Origin: Nageia nagi
Taxonomy: Eukaryota > Plantae > Pinophyta
Assembly (NCBI GenBank): GCA_050084985.1
Contig: JBITNC010000001.1
Span: 147,126,001-147,190,000 of the forward strand
Direction: 5' to 3'
Length of the DNA: 64,000 nucleotides
In this document: positions 25,601 through 39,300 of the stretch, one piece after another
Layout: the number at the start of each line of letters is the position of its first letter
Numbering within the stretch: position 1 is the first letter of the stretch
Notes under the pieces: model-generated
What the model saw: only the letters and a program-made list of their open reading frames with translations
Databases searched by the model: none
Told to the model about the DNA's origin: nothing
Made by a program: the position numbers and the translations under genes

Positions 25601-28600
25601 ATAGATAGTATATTGGAAATTACTCCTATACTAGAATAGCTAAATATTTATGCTTCATAGTTAGCTCTTATGTAGAAAATTGATTTACTATTTGTTATTT
25701 TCACTTTTAAGTTTTCATTGTAGAAATTTATATTATTTTTTACTTTTATTGAAATAATAAATTGCTTAATATTACCTCATTTAATATAATTTAATTTTAA
25801 ATAATTTTATTTATTTAATGTAAGTTAATTTTTGTATGGAATAAGAATAGCGCATGAAATTATAGAACTATTTTGATATATACATCTTCTCAAGTCTTTG
25901 AACAACTTGAGTCATTTCTTTGGCTTAACTTCTATGAGTATTTTATGGAAATTGGTATTCAAAACCTGAATGGGTAGATAAAATTAAAATATATTTTTAC
26001 TTCTCTTGGTGTTTATCATATTAACAAAAATATTATTTGGAGAACTATCACTTGATGAGGTACTTATTGTACTTGATTTAGGACTTTTAGAAGGACTATA
26101 TGGTAGACAAGGTTTTAATTGTTATTAGCTAGGATGCACATTTGGCTATGTATTTGAATATCTCTCTCCAAGAATTTCATCATCTACATATTATTTTTGG
26201 TGACCATATACTCCCCTTTAATAAAAATCATATCTTTAGACATCACAACTTTGTTATTTTATTGTAAAGCATAGAGGCTTCAATATTATCATAGTACCCA
26301 ATTAAAATACATGCTTCAATCTTAGGATAAAACTTCCTCCTAACTTAATCAATGACATGAACAATGCTAAACAAACAAGAACTTTTAAATGGGTAACATT
26401 AGTCTTCTTCTCATACTAAGCCACATTTTGTATCACCTTGTCAAAGCTTATAGTTCAGATTCTATTCAATAGGTTCATTGATCATTGTACTAAATCATCC
26501 CAATATATGTTGCTCAACTTGTTATTTTGTAATATATTATAATTTTTCACTCTACTACTCCATTTTGTTATGGAGTGTGGTTAGTAGGGACTTAACTTTA
26601 ATTACAACCTCCTTACAAAATTGAAAAGTTCATTGGACCAAAACTCTTCATCATGATCAATCCTAAAATACTTTATGTTATAGCCACTTATATTACCAAC
26701 TAAATTCTTGAAATCCTTGTTCTTTAGAAAAAATACCAAATATATCCTTGAAAATTTATCCATGAAGGTAATAAAATAGGATTTTTTTACTCAAATTTAG
26801 AGATTTTATTGGACCATAAATATCAAAATGAATTAATTGAAGAGGAAAGGATGTTCTCCAAGCTTTCATATTAGGCAAATTCTATCTAGAAACTTTTGAT
26901 CCTCCAACTTTGGTAAGCCATTTATCATATCATAAGAAGTAAGCAACTTCAAACTTACAAAATTCAAGTTTCCAATTCTAAGATGTCATAACCAATACTA
27001 ATTTGCAACAATCGCATTTGTAATATTATTCTCTTTTCTTCTAAATCTAAAAGTGAATATTTATTAATTGTGATAGAAACAATTCTAACAACTCTATTCC
27101 TATGGTTCTCAGCATATATATTACATATTTAATATCATTAAAAAATAGTGTATTTTTTCTCCATAATTTTATCTACACAATAAATTATGTTTCAAATTTG
27201 GAGTGTAGTATATGTTATGAATCTTCTTATTATTTTCACATATATTCACTTACATTACTCCTTTTTTATTGGAATGATACTAGATTTGTAGGAATGACCC
27301 AAGGAGGATAATATCTCTCCCTTATAGGTCATATGATTAGAACATCTCATATCAATTATCTATATTTCTTGAAGGTTCATATATTCATAATAGTTAGTTT
27401 TACTTCCTTCATTACCATCTTTGAGTCAATGATCTTTTTCAATGTGCCCATATTTATTATAATGGTAATATTACATATAGTTCTTATTAATTATGTACCT
27501 ACATCTTCCTCTTGCAATTGAACTACCTCTACCTCTTTCTCTTCCTCTAGAAGAATTAAAACCTATCCCTTGGATACCATTTTTACCTCTTTATCTATAA
27601 GAACTTGCATTAGTCTATCTTGGAAGAAAATACACTATCTTCAACACCTCCAACAATAGGTTCTTTCAACCTCTCCTCAAGAGATATGAGAGAGTCAATC
27701 AACTTATTAAATTCAAAAGAAAAAAAATATTTTCTTAAATCAATGATGATAACAATGTGGATTCATTTGGGATAAGTTTTCTTAACACCTTCTTGACCAC
27801 CACCTACTTATTAAGATCTTCTCTAAGGGTTTCCATTTTATTGATAAAAACCTTCACTCTTACATAGTAATTTCTAGCACCATTACTTTTTTGCATCTTC
27901 AAATACTAAAAAGAAATTCTCAATATTTACAATTTCACTTGCTTGATCTAGTAACTTTCTTAATATCCATCTCTCAAATCCTTTCATGTTTGTAGTATTT
28001 TTGTAAAACCAACAATTCTAGGAAATATGCTCTTCTCAAAGGTAGATTGAAAATGATAGAGAACTAAATAATTCCTCTTCTTTTCCTTTTTAGTGATTAT
28101 ACAATCAACAACTTGAAGAGATTTTCAATCAATTGGTTCAATGTAACCAACTTTGACAATATCTCATAAACCATTCCCATCAACAAAGTCTTCATTTTAT
28201 ACTCAAATATTTGTAGTCACTTCCATAAAACTCAAGAATTTGTAGGGAGTTTGTGTTGGTTGCCATTATAGCTTAATCAACAAGAAACCTTTAGTGGACC
28301 TTTGAAATAAGTTGATAAATTCTAAAAGTACCACATTCTTATCAACACCTCTAAATCAAATAAATATTTGATACCATAATGAAGATTCTAATCAAAATAA
28401 ATAATTAACATTCACAATATGGAGGAAATGCAAGCAATGAAACAACTCAACAATGGATAATAATGGAGTTTTATATTCACTTCAAAAGCATACTATTACA
28501 TAAAAATGCTTAAACTAACTCATCAAGAAAGAGAAATAAAATATAAATACAATTTAGATATTGAAGATACAATCCAAAATATGAAATGATAAGTCTAATT

Positions 28601-28851
28601 CTAACAATAGTAAAACTAAATAAAAAATAATGCCTAGAATATGAAAAGATTAAATTGATAAAACACACTAGCATTTCATCATAATATACCAAGAACTTAC
28701 CAACGTTTTAGGTCATTTACACCTAGGGCTTGATAATTAAGATTTATGTACCTAGAAAATGAAACATGTTTATATTTGATCAAAAGCACCATGTTTCTCT
28801 TGAAATGCATCTTTGTGGTGTCAAGCAGATCATGTATCATCAAAACCTACA
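22650..28851 (-). mobile_element. Ty1/copia relic: LTR-PBS-[gag-PR-INT]-[gag-PR-INT]-LTR, with no RT/RNase H
   Basis: Homologous LTR-like segments at about 22650-23010 and 28380-28851; PBS TGGTATCAAA at 28367-28376 (minus). Integrase motifs YEAWYDKKPNVTHLKVFG...RRKLD (23398-23625) and GAG-pre-integrase (23888-24214). Internal unit about 23045-25370 is repeated at about 25880-28170. Confidence 0.85.
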
Positions 28852-30241
28852 AGAAATTATAAATGAAGTAAAAATTTGCAAGTCAACTAAGGTCAATGTC
28901 TAACATTCTCTACCTTGATGCTTAGAATGCTCATAAGTGACTTTCTCATATTCAAAAATTGAGCATTATCCACTCCTTTTGTAACTTTTTTTGGGGTGAT
29001 GATAATATCAAAAATGAAAGAGCTAAGAAGTAATTTATAGGGACTCTTATGATCATAAAATTAACAACTAATTCATAAATTTTGCATAGTAAAATAGGTA
29101 GATGGATAATATTTAAAACACCATGGAATAAAATATTTTTTATTCTTTGTAAATTAAATGCCATAGAAGATGAGATTTATGTTCTACTTATCTACCAATT
29201 TTGTAAAAATATTAGATAAATTTATAATGATATTTGCAATTACAACCAAATTTGGCTTGGCCATTTTATTATGCACCTTAATTCTATTAAGAATAATCAT
29301 TTAAATAAATAAGTAATATATATGTCTTACAAATCATATACGAATGTAGAATTGATTGATAATTCTTTTTTTTTTTGTTGAGTCATGAGTCAAATTGTAC
29401 TAGAAACCCCTTCAAGGTAAACTTTAACTTGACTAAAACTATATAAGAGCACGTTACAACAACCATTGTTATTAGACTTTGAATATCCCAAAACAAAGCT
29501 AAATCTTAAACCATTGATAATTTTTTTAATATTAGTACTACTTTTATTTATTTATTATTATTTCAAAAACTATTTATTTTTTTAATTAACTTATCATACC
29601 AAATTTTATCTGTAACTTTGATCTGAAATTAACTCAAAAAAATTATATTTATAACATATCCTCATAAAAGATTTAGCATAAATTTTTTTCATCAGGCCTC
29701 ATAATATGTGCGGAACTTTTTTCATAAAATATTTTACAAACTATACGTTTGTCCTAATTAGTTTAGAGACTTTCTTTTTCAGCATCTGCGTAGACTATTG
29801 AATCCCAAGCTGTTGCCCTAACTCTAATAGGTCGAATTTTTAACTGCAGTGCTAGTTTTAATTGGGCAATAAAGTTCAGACCCGTGTATAAAGAAGGCCT
29901 TTGCATCTAGGTGTCTGTCCGATCTTTCTGCAGCTTTATTAAAACAATATCATCAATGATCGATTGTTAGATTACCTTATCAAATATTATTAAGAGATCA
30001 AGCAGGTTCTCAACACCAATCATTTGTTTTGTAACAATTCTAATTCTAGCCTTGTATTCATTTACTCGAAAGATTTACAGATTTGAGCTCTTCAGATCAG
30101 AACTAACTATTTCCATTTCATGTTTAGGAGCTTTATCTTAGATTGTTCATTGAAGCTTTACGTATTAGGAAAAACAGCATTTGATATATGGCTGGCAGTT
30201 CCAGATGGGCTTAAATTACATTATATTAACACCCTAATGAT

Positions 30242-31423
30242 TTAAAAGCGCATGCGAATCCAATGCTTAACTTTGGTCAATAGACATGCCGAGCATTTCA
30301 CAATCAAATAAGCAACGAACACCGTCAATGCAATACGAAGGAGCACAAACAGAAAGGCTAAAAACATCCAATCCAGTGAATCTTGATCCTCTGGGGGAGG
30401 AAGAGGCAGACCAGAAGGACCAGATTTTGTACTGCTGTACAGAAACTGCGCACCCTCAATATCATCGGCAGTAAGGGTGTGCCTCAAGATCCTAGGCTTC
30501 AAATTCGGATACATGATTGCCCCTGGAATTCGCGAGTGATGCAACCCAATAACATGCCCGATCTCGTGCACCGCCACGCTTTCAATATCCATAGCATTTG
30601 CATCCCTCGTGGAGGACATTTTCACCGTCCACAACTCGTCCGCATCGAAGTGCAATGCAGCCTCCTCCTGGGCGCTGAAGCCAGATACATTTTGCCCCTC
30701 CGGGGCGCGTGCATGCGCCACTGTCCCACCTTGGCCGTCGAAGGGAAAGTCATCTCCATGCTCTCCTGCCGCAAACTCAATCTTTATATTCGCCCTTTCG
30801 AAATCTTCGATCTCTCTGAACTCCAAAGGAACCACTGCCGCCCACGAGGCGAAAGCAGATGCCACTGCTCTGTGAATGTCGTTTTTAGAGAGAATAGACG
30901 TTTCTGCCACAGCACTCCTGGATGAGAAAGCGTAGGTGAGATTCCAAGTGCTGCGCCACCTTGCCGATCCAAACAACATCCACTGGCCTGATTCCCACAA
31001 CCTTTGAGTGGCCTTCGTGAGTCGTATATCCTCCCTACCGCATCTCGGAATGGCCAGATATCGGAGAGTAGGGCCGTCAAGAACTCCCGTTTCAGAAAGA
31101 TTGAAGAACCTTTGGTACCGTCGGACGGACGCTTCCAGTCTCTCGTCGAACTGGTTCGTAGTAGGAAGTGAATTTTCTGCAAGATAACCCAAGGAGACCA
31201 GGAACTTTTTGATATAGATAAGGTCAGGGTGGATGTCGCCTTTCTTGAAGTGGAGAGGTTTGAAGGGGTCGGTTTTGGAGATTAAAGAAGCCACTGTAAC
31301 ATCTTGATTATGGGGTATGTTGCTCATTTTGTGTGGCAGGGTCTGTCCTCCATGGCGGGCGGTGGGTTTCTCCACCAGAATTGACAACAGAATAAAGACC
31401 CCGAAAATAGCTAATCTGTTCAT
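30242..31423 (-). CDS. MMP: Matrix metalloproteinase (matrixin, peptidase M10A), intronless, 393 aa
   Basis: Signal peptide, PGBD-like prodomain (IKKFLVSLGYL..YQRFFNL..TGVLD), cysteine switch PRCGRED, HGD..PFDG..G..AHA, HFDADE, plant-type DIESVAVHEIGHVIGLHH (HExxHxxGxxH), Met-turn AIMYP, and a C-terminal hydrophobic segment. CpG-retaining island. Confidence 0.97.
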   Translation of the reverse strand: MNRLAIFGVFILLSILVEKPTARHGGQTLPHKMSNIPHNQDVTVASLISKTDPFKPLHFKKGDIHPDLIYIKKFLVSLGYLAENSLPTTNQFDERLEASVRRYQRFFNLSETGVLDGPTLRYLAIPRCGREDIRLTKATQRLWESGQWMLFGSARWRSTWNLTYAFSSRSAVAETSILSKNDIHRAVASAFASWAAVVPLEFREIEDFERANIKIEFAAGEHGDDFPFDGQGGTVAHARAPEGQNVSGFSAQEEAALHFDADELWTVKMSSTRDANAMDIESVAVHEIGHVIGLHHSRIPGAIMYPNLKPRILRHTLTADDIEGAQFLYSSTKSGPSGLPLPPPEDQDSLDWMFLAFLFVLLRIALTVFVAYLIVKCSACLLTKVKHWIRMRF

Positions 31424-31657
31424 CTTTCAGAGAATAAACAACCTAGAGCAAATCTTGGTCTGCAGGAACTGGATTGGATGGATTGAATGAAAAGAGACCA
31501 AAGATGGGAGCAAAGCAACAACTTCCGAACACAGGTTGGCAAGATTACAAGAAACCCAATGAGTGAACCCTGATGGGTAAGAAGAAGATATAGCTCAATA
31601 CAAACCGATAGATTAAGATTATAAATGTAACTTGCTCGAATTCCAAACCAAACGGTA

Positions 31658-31665
31658 TATTTATA
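31658..31665 (-). promoter_or_regulatory. Candidate TATA box of the MMP gene
   Basis: TATAAATA on the minus strand about 235 nt upstream of the ATG, near the edge of the CpG-retaining island. Confidence 0.45.
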
Positions 31666-32294
31666 ACATAACGTTATGGTGGTGGATATTTTAATTCTCA
31701 GGTTCCTTAGATAAAATGAAAAAATAAATCTTTCATGAGATAGTGTTCATGGTACTAATGTACTTTTATATAATAAAACATGGGATTTGTAATTTTTTTT
31801 AGGTTCGTAAAAGATAATGAAGAAAAATGTTTATTTTCTTTGTAAATGACTCGTCGTGAATTATGTTTTGCCTATAATATAAAGAAGTCTTTTAAGTTTA
31901 GGGCATGAATTTTTGTATTTGTAATAGATGTAGTTCATTTTTTTTACATTCATAATTTTATGAAAAATTTTGTAATATTATAAATATATGAATTGTTATT
32001 TTTATAATTTTTTTATTATTTTCAAATATATATATTTATGAATAAGGCATTTTTTTGATATCCACATGAAATAACCATGTAGCTTTAGATAATTGTTTAT
32101 TATACTCTCATGAGATCATTCAATGGATTTACTTACCCATTTATGGAGATGTTTAAGATTGACTTTTTCATATATATATTTATGGATCATCATAGTAAGA
32201 TCAAATATACCATTCATGGACATATGCATTATCATTCATCTTGAAAACATATATAATAATCATAAAAAAGATGAAATTAATATCATATGCGTAT

Positions 32295-32794
32295 ATCATC
32301 ATGAGGTCATGCCCCATTGATAGATATAAACATAAGTACAATTGAACTATGTACATCATCATAAGGTACAAGCCTTATTCTTAGATACACATAATAGGGA
32401 TGTTTACATCATTATAAGGTATATGTCTTATACTTAGATGCAAAAAAGGAATGCTAATATCATCATGAGGTACATGCCACATTCCTAGATGCCCATATAA
32501 TCATTGATAAAGAAGATATCATCATCACAAGCAGATATGACCCATTCATAACATCATAATAAAGTACATAATGCCTTATTCATAGATGTATGTGAGCATA
32601 TATCATCATCATGGGATAAATGCTCCATTCCTATATAGATATTAAAAAAAGTGAGCTATAAAATATTATCATAAGTTATGTAATACCTTATTCCTAGATG
32701 CATGTGATAAACAAAGAAGATGAAGTGATGATTAATATTCCAACTAACAAAGGATGTCATACATTGTTATGGGGTACATGCCCCATTCCTAAAT
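32295..32794. repeat. Array of about 9 degenerate ~32-bp repeats with an internal palindrome and variable spacers
   Basis: Consensus ATCATCATRRGGTACATGCCYYATTCCTAGAT at 32295, 32355, 32408, 32459, 32521, 32553, 32605, 32665 and 32763. Confidence 0.85.
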
Positions 32795-32834
32795 GCAAAC
32801 AAAGAGTGACACTTTTAAAAAAAGGACATTCAAC

Positions 32835-33122
32835 CAAAAAACTCATAATGGAGGAATGATGATTATTTTTAGTCCACTTAACAAGCACGTTAGCCAAGAG
32901 ACTTACAATGGAGTAAAGATGGTTATTATTAGTCCACCCAATAGAGATGTTATCCAAGAGACTTATAATCAAGGATGGATGGTTATTTTTAGTCCATCCA
33001 ACTATGACATACAAGGTGCATGGTGCATTTCATGAACCAACCAAGGATATATAGCATGATGGTTTAATTCCCAAAACCAACAAACGATGAAGTGATGGTT
33101 ATTTAGAGTCCACCCAATAAGG
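32835..33122. repeat. 60-bp minisatellite (3 units plus partial copies)
   Basis: CAAGAGACTTAYAAT...GATGGTTATTWTTAGTCCACCCAA repeated at a 60-bp period, with a partial copy near 33093. Confidence 0.85.
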
Positions 33123-33324
33123 AATTCTAGTTAGACAAATAAGCATCATAAATAATGAATATATAGAGTATTTTTGAGCAAAAATGTAATCATAGCCATG
33201 AATATAAAGTACGCAAGGATCATATAAACAAAAGAATTAGATAAGGGAAATTGAGAGATAGGAAAATATAGCACATATAGCCATATTTACAAATCAATTT
33301 ATGAAATATACTAAAGTATTTTAG

Positions 33325-36300
33325 TGTTAGGATCCCATATCCTAATATTTTAGTGTTAGTATTAGTTATTTTAATTAAATTGTTAGCCTATATTTTAAAC
33401 CATAATATTGTGATTGTAAGGGTAGGACATAATTTTGCATTACTATTAGGGTTAGGGTTAGTATATTATAAATAGGCAAAAGTGTGTGGAGAAATGGATC
33501 TTGAACATTATTTTCACTTTTAGAGTTGTAAGGAGGTAGCCCCCTTAGAGCGGCCTATGATTTTGTTACTATTCAGTAAAATCCTATCTTTATTTGCTTA
33601 TTGTTGCTATTTTGTGTTCTATTATCAATGCATACTCTATTATTTCTATTAGATTAGTTGTCATTTTCTTGTTCAAATAAATATTCATTTATTTTTTTGC
33701 AATATCTCCCTTTCATATTTGTAGCACGTACCATCTAGTATCATAGCTCTTTTTAGGGCCATTCTGCTATAGGAAAATTTTTTTCTTAGAGGTCTAAGCT
33801 AGAAACCATGTATCAAAGGTTTTAAAATATCCAAGAGGATCTATCATTTTTGGCTAAGCACACTTGCCCATAAAGCTATGTGCAAAGTGAGGTGCAAAAA
33901 ACTCTACACCAAAACCTAGGCCTTAGATAGAACCCTATATGGAATCGAATTCCATGCATCAAAAGGTATATCAGAGACTATCTAGGCTATAAATAAAAAC
34001 TAGGTAGGAAGCTATGTCGATTATCTGTAAACTATAGTGCACCAACAAGTGCTACTAGAAAGTTACTTATCATAAAAGCCATCTTTGTAGCCTCTTTCCT
34101 TATGAAACTTGGATAGGAGAGGTGTTTAGACAAGCCAATAAAGTAGATAATCCTTACCCTATAATCATTATTTCATACAAAATACTTTGAATCGGGAGAA
34201 ATAATGTATGACTTGAAGTTTTTCAAAGCTACTAAAAAATAGTAGTTCAAAGGTAGAAAAACCTTTAGAGTAAAAAAATTAAAAATCTATACCATTTCAT
34301 AAAAAAAGTCTAAGAGTTATAAAATCATCATCAGGAGACCTAGCTCATTACGATCATCTTTTGAGCTGATCATTTTGGTATATTACATCCAAACACTTTT
34401 TTAGGAACCTTCTAAAAATAGTAATTTATAAAATAGTAGTTTCTAGAAATAACAGTTTCAAAAATAGTAGTTTTTAGAAATGGCACCTGAGATAAGGTCC
34501 TAGATAGTAGCACAAGCTAATCCTACCATGATGACATTTTAGACTATGATCCAAAATATGGTAGATACACTTACCAGCACATTTAGGTCTAAAATTTGGT
34601 AACTATAGAACCAAATACAAACCATTAATAGTAAGTGTGATAGTGTCCAACTATGTATCAGTCATACCAACAATGCATCTAATTCACAATAGTTAGGGTA
34701 GTCAAGAAATTCATAGGGGTATCATAATAACTTTTAGGGCCAACAAGGTGGTTTCACTCTTCCTGCACAACCAAATTGGATTTTCCTTGATTTGATGGAG
34801 ATGATCCCATTGGTTGGATTTATAAGTTCAGATAGTATTTTACATTGAACCAAATTCTAGAAGATTTGAAGGTGTGCATGATAACTTGTCATTTGTACCA
34901 TGAGGCTCTCTAATGACACCAATGGTACTCAAAAAACTCATCTTGCTCCTTCATGGGATGAATTTACTCAATAATTATTGATCCATTTTGGTCCTAGTGA
35001 CTATGAAGATTTCCTAGGGGCATTGACTAAGTTACGTCAAACCACAATAGTCAAAGAATACCAAAATTAGTTTGAGAAACTAGCAAATCACATAGAGGGG
35101 TTGAATGACACATTTTTCATAAGTTATTTTATCAGTGGATTAAAGGAAGAAATTAAATTAAAGATCAAAATGTTTAATCCCAAAACTATGATGGATGCTA
35201 TTACTTTGGCAAAGCTTGCTGAAGATAAGGCCAATGCTCATCGATGAAATGTAAGGCCCCCATTCACAAGGACATATAATAATTCCCATCCCTCTAATAA
35301 CACAAGTGCCCCACCACCAAATTGTACAATACAAACTAAGAAGTTGATGTGGGAGGAAATGGAAGAGCATCGAAAGAAGGGTTTGTGCTATAATTATGGT
35401 GAGAAATTTGTTTATGGTCATTTTTGTACTAAATAAAAGTTATATTTGGTTGATGTTGATGCTCTTAGGTAGAAGGAATATGAGAGTGCACCCAAAGAGG
35501 CTATAGAGAAAATTCTAGATGAGGAGGCCTTGATTATCTCTTACAGTGCATTGGAAAGAATTACTACCCCATAAACTATGAAGGTCAAAGGGTTTTTTAA
35601 AAAGTACACTCTCATCATATTGTTGGATTCAAGAAATGCTCATAATTTCATTGATCTATAGGTGGCTAAGGCTATATTTATTACATCCACCCTATAAATA
35701 ATTTTGAGGTTATGGTTGGTAATGGAGGAAAAATAGCATGTAAAGACATATATCAAAATGTCAAACTAAGCATGGGCCATTATACTTTGAAAAGTGACAT
35801 GTACACCTTACCACTTGGGGGATGTGATATAGTTTTAGGGGTGCAATAGCTGAGGACTTTTAGCATCATGTAATGAAATTTTGTAGAGCTATGCATGAAC
35901 TTTAAGATAGCTGAACAAGAGCATACTCTTAAGGGATTACAAGTTGGATCTTTACAAATTGTGAGCTCCCATCACATGGAAAAGATCCTACTAAAAATTG
36001 GGAAGGGAATGATGGTATAGTTATACTCTTTAGCAATCATTAAATTTGAAGTCACAAAGCGTAAAGACCTACAACCCATCTTGAGTAAGTATGCATGTGC
36101 CTTTGAGGAACCAATGAGCTTACCACCCTAGCGATCTCATGATCATGCTATCTAGTTAGTGCTGGGAAGTCAACCACCAAAAATTCATCCTTATCAGTAT
36201 CCTTATTTACAAAAACATAAAATTGAAAAATTAGTTCAAGAATTGTTGGATGTAGGAGTAATCTGACCTAGAGTAAGCCCATATTCTTCTCTAGTTATAT

Positions 36301-39300
36301 TGGTTTATAAGAAAGATGGCTTATAGCATATGTGTGTGGATTTTAGGGCCCTTAAAAAAATTACCATCAAGGATAAATTTTTGATACCATTCATTGATGA
36401 ACTGCATGGGGCAAGATATTTTTTCAAGTTGGACCTATAATTTGGGTATCACCATATCTACCTCAAGGAGGAGGATATACCAAAAATTATATTTCGCACC
36501 CATTAGGGCCATTATGAGTTCTTGGTCATGCCTTTTGACCTTATAAATGCTCCATTCATATTTCAAAATTTAATGAATTATTTGTTTTATTCATTCCTCA
36601 AGAAGTTCATTTTAGTTTTCTTTGATGATATCTTGATCTATAGTAAGACATGGTAGGAATACATGGCACATGTTGACCAAACCTTACAAATTTTGAGGGA
36701 ACATTAGCTATATGCAAAAAATTCAAATGTTTATTTGGTAAGAGGGAAATTGACTACTTAGGCTATATTTTATTCGAAGAGGGAGTTAAGGTGGATCCAC
36801 ATAAGATTACCTGATATGCAAAATTAGTTCGTTCCTACATCTTTGAAAAGTCTATGAAGATTCTTCATGTTGATAGACTATTATAGGAAATTTGTGGAAG
36901 ATTATAGTAATATTGCAGCACCTTTAACAATATTATTGAAAAAGAATGCATTTCAATGGTCCCCTCAAGCTAAGGTAGCTTTCCTTAAGCTCAAGGATGT
37001 AATGTGTACCACCCTGGTATTGGCAATGATAGATTTTTCTAAAGTATATATGATAGAAAGTGATGGTTTTGGAGTAGAGATCAAGGTAGCATTGATGCAA
37101 GAAGTGTATCCTTTGGCATTCACTAGTAGAGCACTTTTTGGTAAAAATTTGGATAAATCCAACTATGAAAAAGAAATGCTTTCCATCATTCATGTAGTTC
37201 AACACTAGAGACTCTATCTCATTGGTCACCATTTCATCATCCTCATGGATCATCATAGTTTAAAATTTTTTATTAAGCGATGTATTTCTATGCTTGAGCA
37301 ACAAAAATAAGTGACCAAACTATTGGGGTATGATTATGAGATAGTATACCATAAGGGTAAAGAGAATATGGGTGCTAATGCTCTATCCAAAAAATTTGAA
37401 GATCAGGTAGCACTATAAGCTCTTTCATCACCTATTCCTCAATGGTTGGATAAAGTTAAATAGGATTAGAAAAAGGATAGCTCCATCCAAGAATTGTTAA
37501 AACAAATCACTTAAGATCCCATAAGTAAACCACACCACACATGGCATGATGGTATTTTGAGATTCAAAGGCTGAATTTTGTTATCATCTCATTCAAAATG
37601 TAAATAAAAAATATTTACCAAATTGCATTCTAGACCTACATCAGGACATAAAGATTTCTAAAAACTTATAAAAGGGTGTCATGGTCATTCTAGTGGGCAG
37701 GTATGAAATTTGATATCAAGTAGTTTATGATAGCTTATGATGTGTGTCAATGATAAAAAGGTGAAATAGTGGGTACTCTAGGACTCCTTTAGCCTCTTCC
37801 CATACCTAATCATATATGGATTAATATATTGATAGATTTCATTGAAGGCATTCCTAAATCCAATGGTAAAATAGTTATTCTAGTGGTGGTTGATTAGTTA
37901 TCCAAATATGCTCATTTTGGTTCATTGGTACATCCCTACAAGGTAGTGATAGTGGTGCAATTATTCTTGGATATAATTTTTAAACTACATGGCATGCCAA
38001 AGATGATTGTTAATGATCGTGATTCCACTTTTACAAGCTAACTTTCATAAGAGCTTTTCAAGCTGCAAGGTACCCAACTAAACATGAGCTCAGTATATCA
38101 CTCATAAATTGATGGTCATATTGAAATTGTCAACACATATTTAGAAATATATTTACACTATTTTACTTCAGGATAACATGTGCATTAGGTATGATGGCTT
38201 CCCTTGGCTAAGTGGTGGTATAATACATTTTATCATTTTGCTAGCAAGATGACCCCCTATGAAGTAGTGTATGATCAAGCTCCACCAACAGTCACCTCAT
38301 ATGTTGCAGGTACTCATAAGGTTTAGGTAGTTGACTCATAATTAGTTACTCGATATGATATTCTTTATTTGCTCAAGTATAACCTTCAAATATCCCAACA
38401 TTATATGAAGTAATAGGCATATCAATAACATGTCAAAGGGGAGTTCTAGGTAGATGACATGATCTTTTTGAGGCTACAACCTTATCACTATAAATCCTTA
38501 AAGATAAAAAGACCTCAAAAATTGGCCCCAAAGTTTTATGGTCCTTAAAAGGTGTTATAGTACATTGGACCAATTGCATACAAACTAAAGCTTCATACTT
38601 CTTCCAAGATTCACCTTGTGTTTCATGTCTCCTATCTCAAGAAAGTGGTCAAATTAGAGGTTCGAGTTTAGACATAATTACCTAAGTTGGTAGAGGATGG
38701 ATCAGTTGTAGTTGTACTTGACAAAGTTCTACATCAACATTCATGATAGCTTCATAACTGCACCATCATAGAAGTCCTTATGCAATGGCAAGGCATGACA
38801 CTTGAAGATGTAACATTGGAAATACTTCATTAGCTACAACAATAATTTTCATAATTCAAACTTTGAGGACAATGCTTTATCCCAAGAGGGGTGGCATTTA
38901 GGATCCCATATCCTAACATTTTAGTGTTAGTATTAGTTATTTAAATTAAATTATTGGCCTATATTGTAAACCATAATATTATAATTATAAGGATGGGGCT
39001 CAATTTTTCATTACTATTAGGGTTAGGGTTAGTATATTATAAATAGGTAAAAGTATGTGGAGAAATAGATCTTCAACATTATTTTCACTTTTAGAGTTGC
39101 AAGGAGGTAGCCCATTCGAAGCAACTTGTGATTCTATTACTATTCAATAAAATCCTATCCTTATCTACTTATTGTTTCTATTTTGTGTTCTATTATTAGT
39201 GCATGCTATGTTATTTCCATTAGATTAGTTATTATTTTTTTGTTCAAATCAGTATTTCTTTACATTTTTACAATATTTCCTTTTCATATTTGTAGCATCA

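Noticed and set aside
30286-31182. Several 60-180-aa ORFs overlapping the MMP on the opposite strand or in another frame
   Set aside because: Expected shadow ORFs in a GC-rich coding region; no recognisable motifs.
32295-32794. Calling the repeat/spacer array a true CRISPR
   Set aside because: Plant nuclear context, no cas genes, degenerate repeats, and irregular, partly related spacers; kept only as an architectural curiosity.
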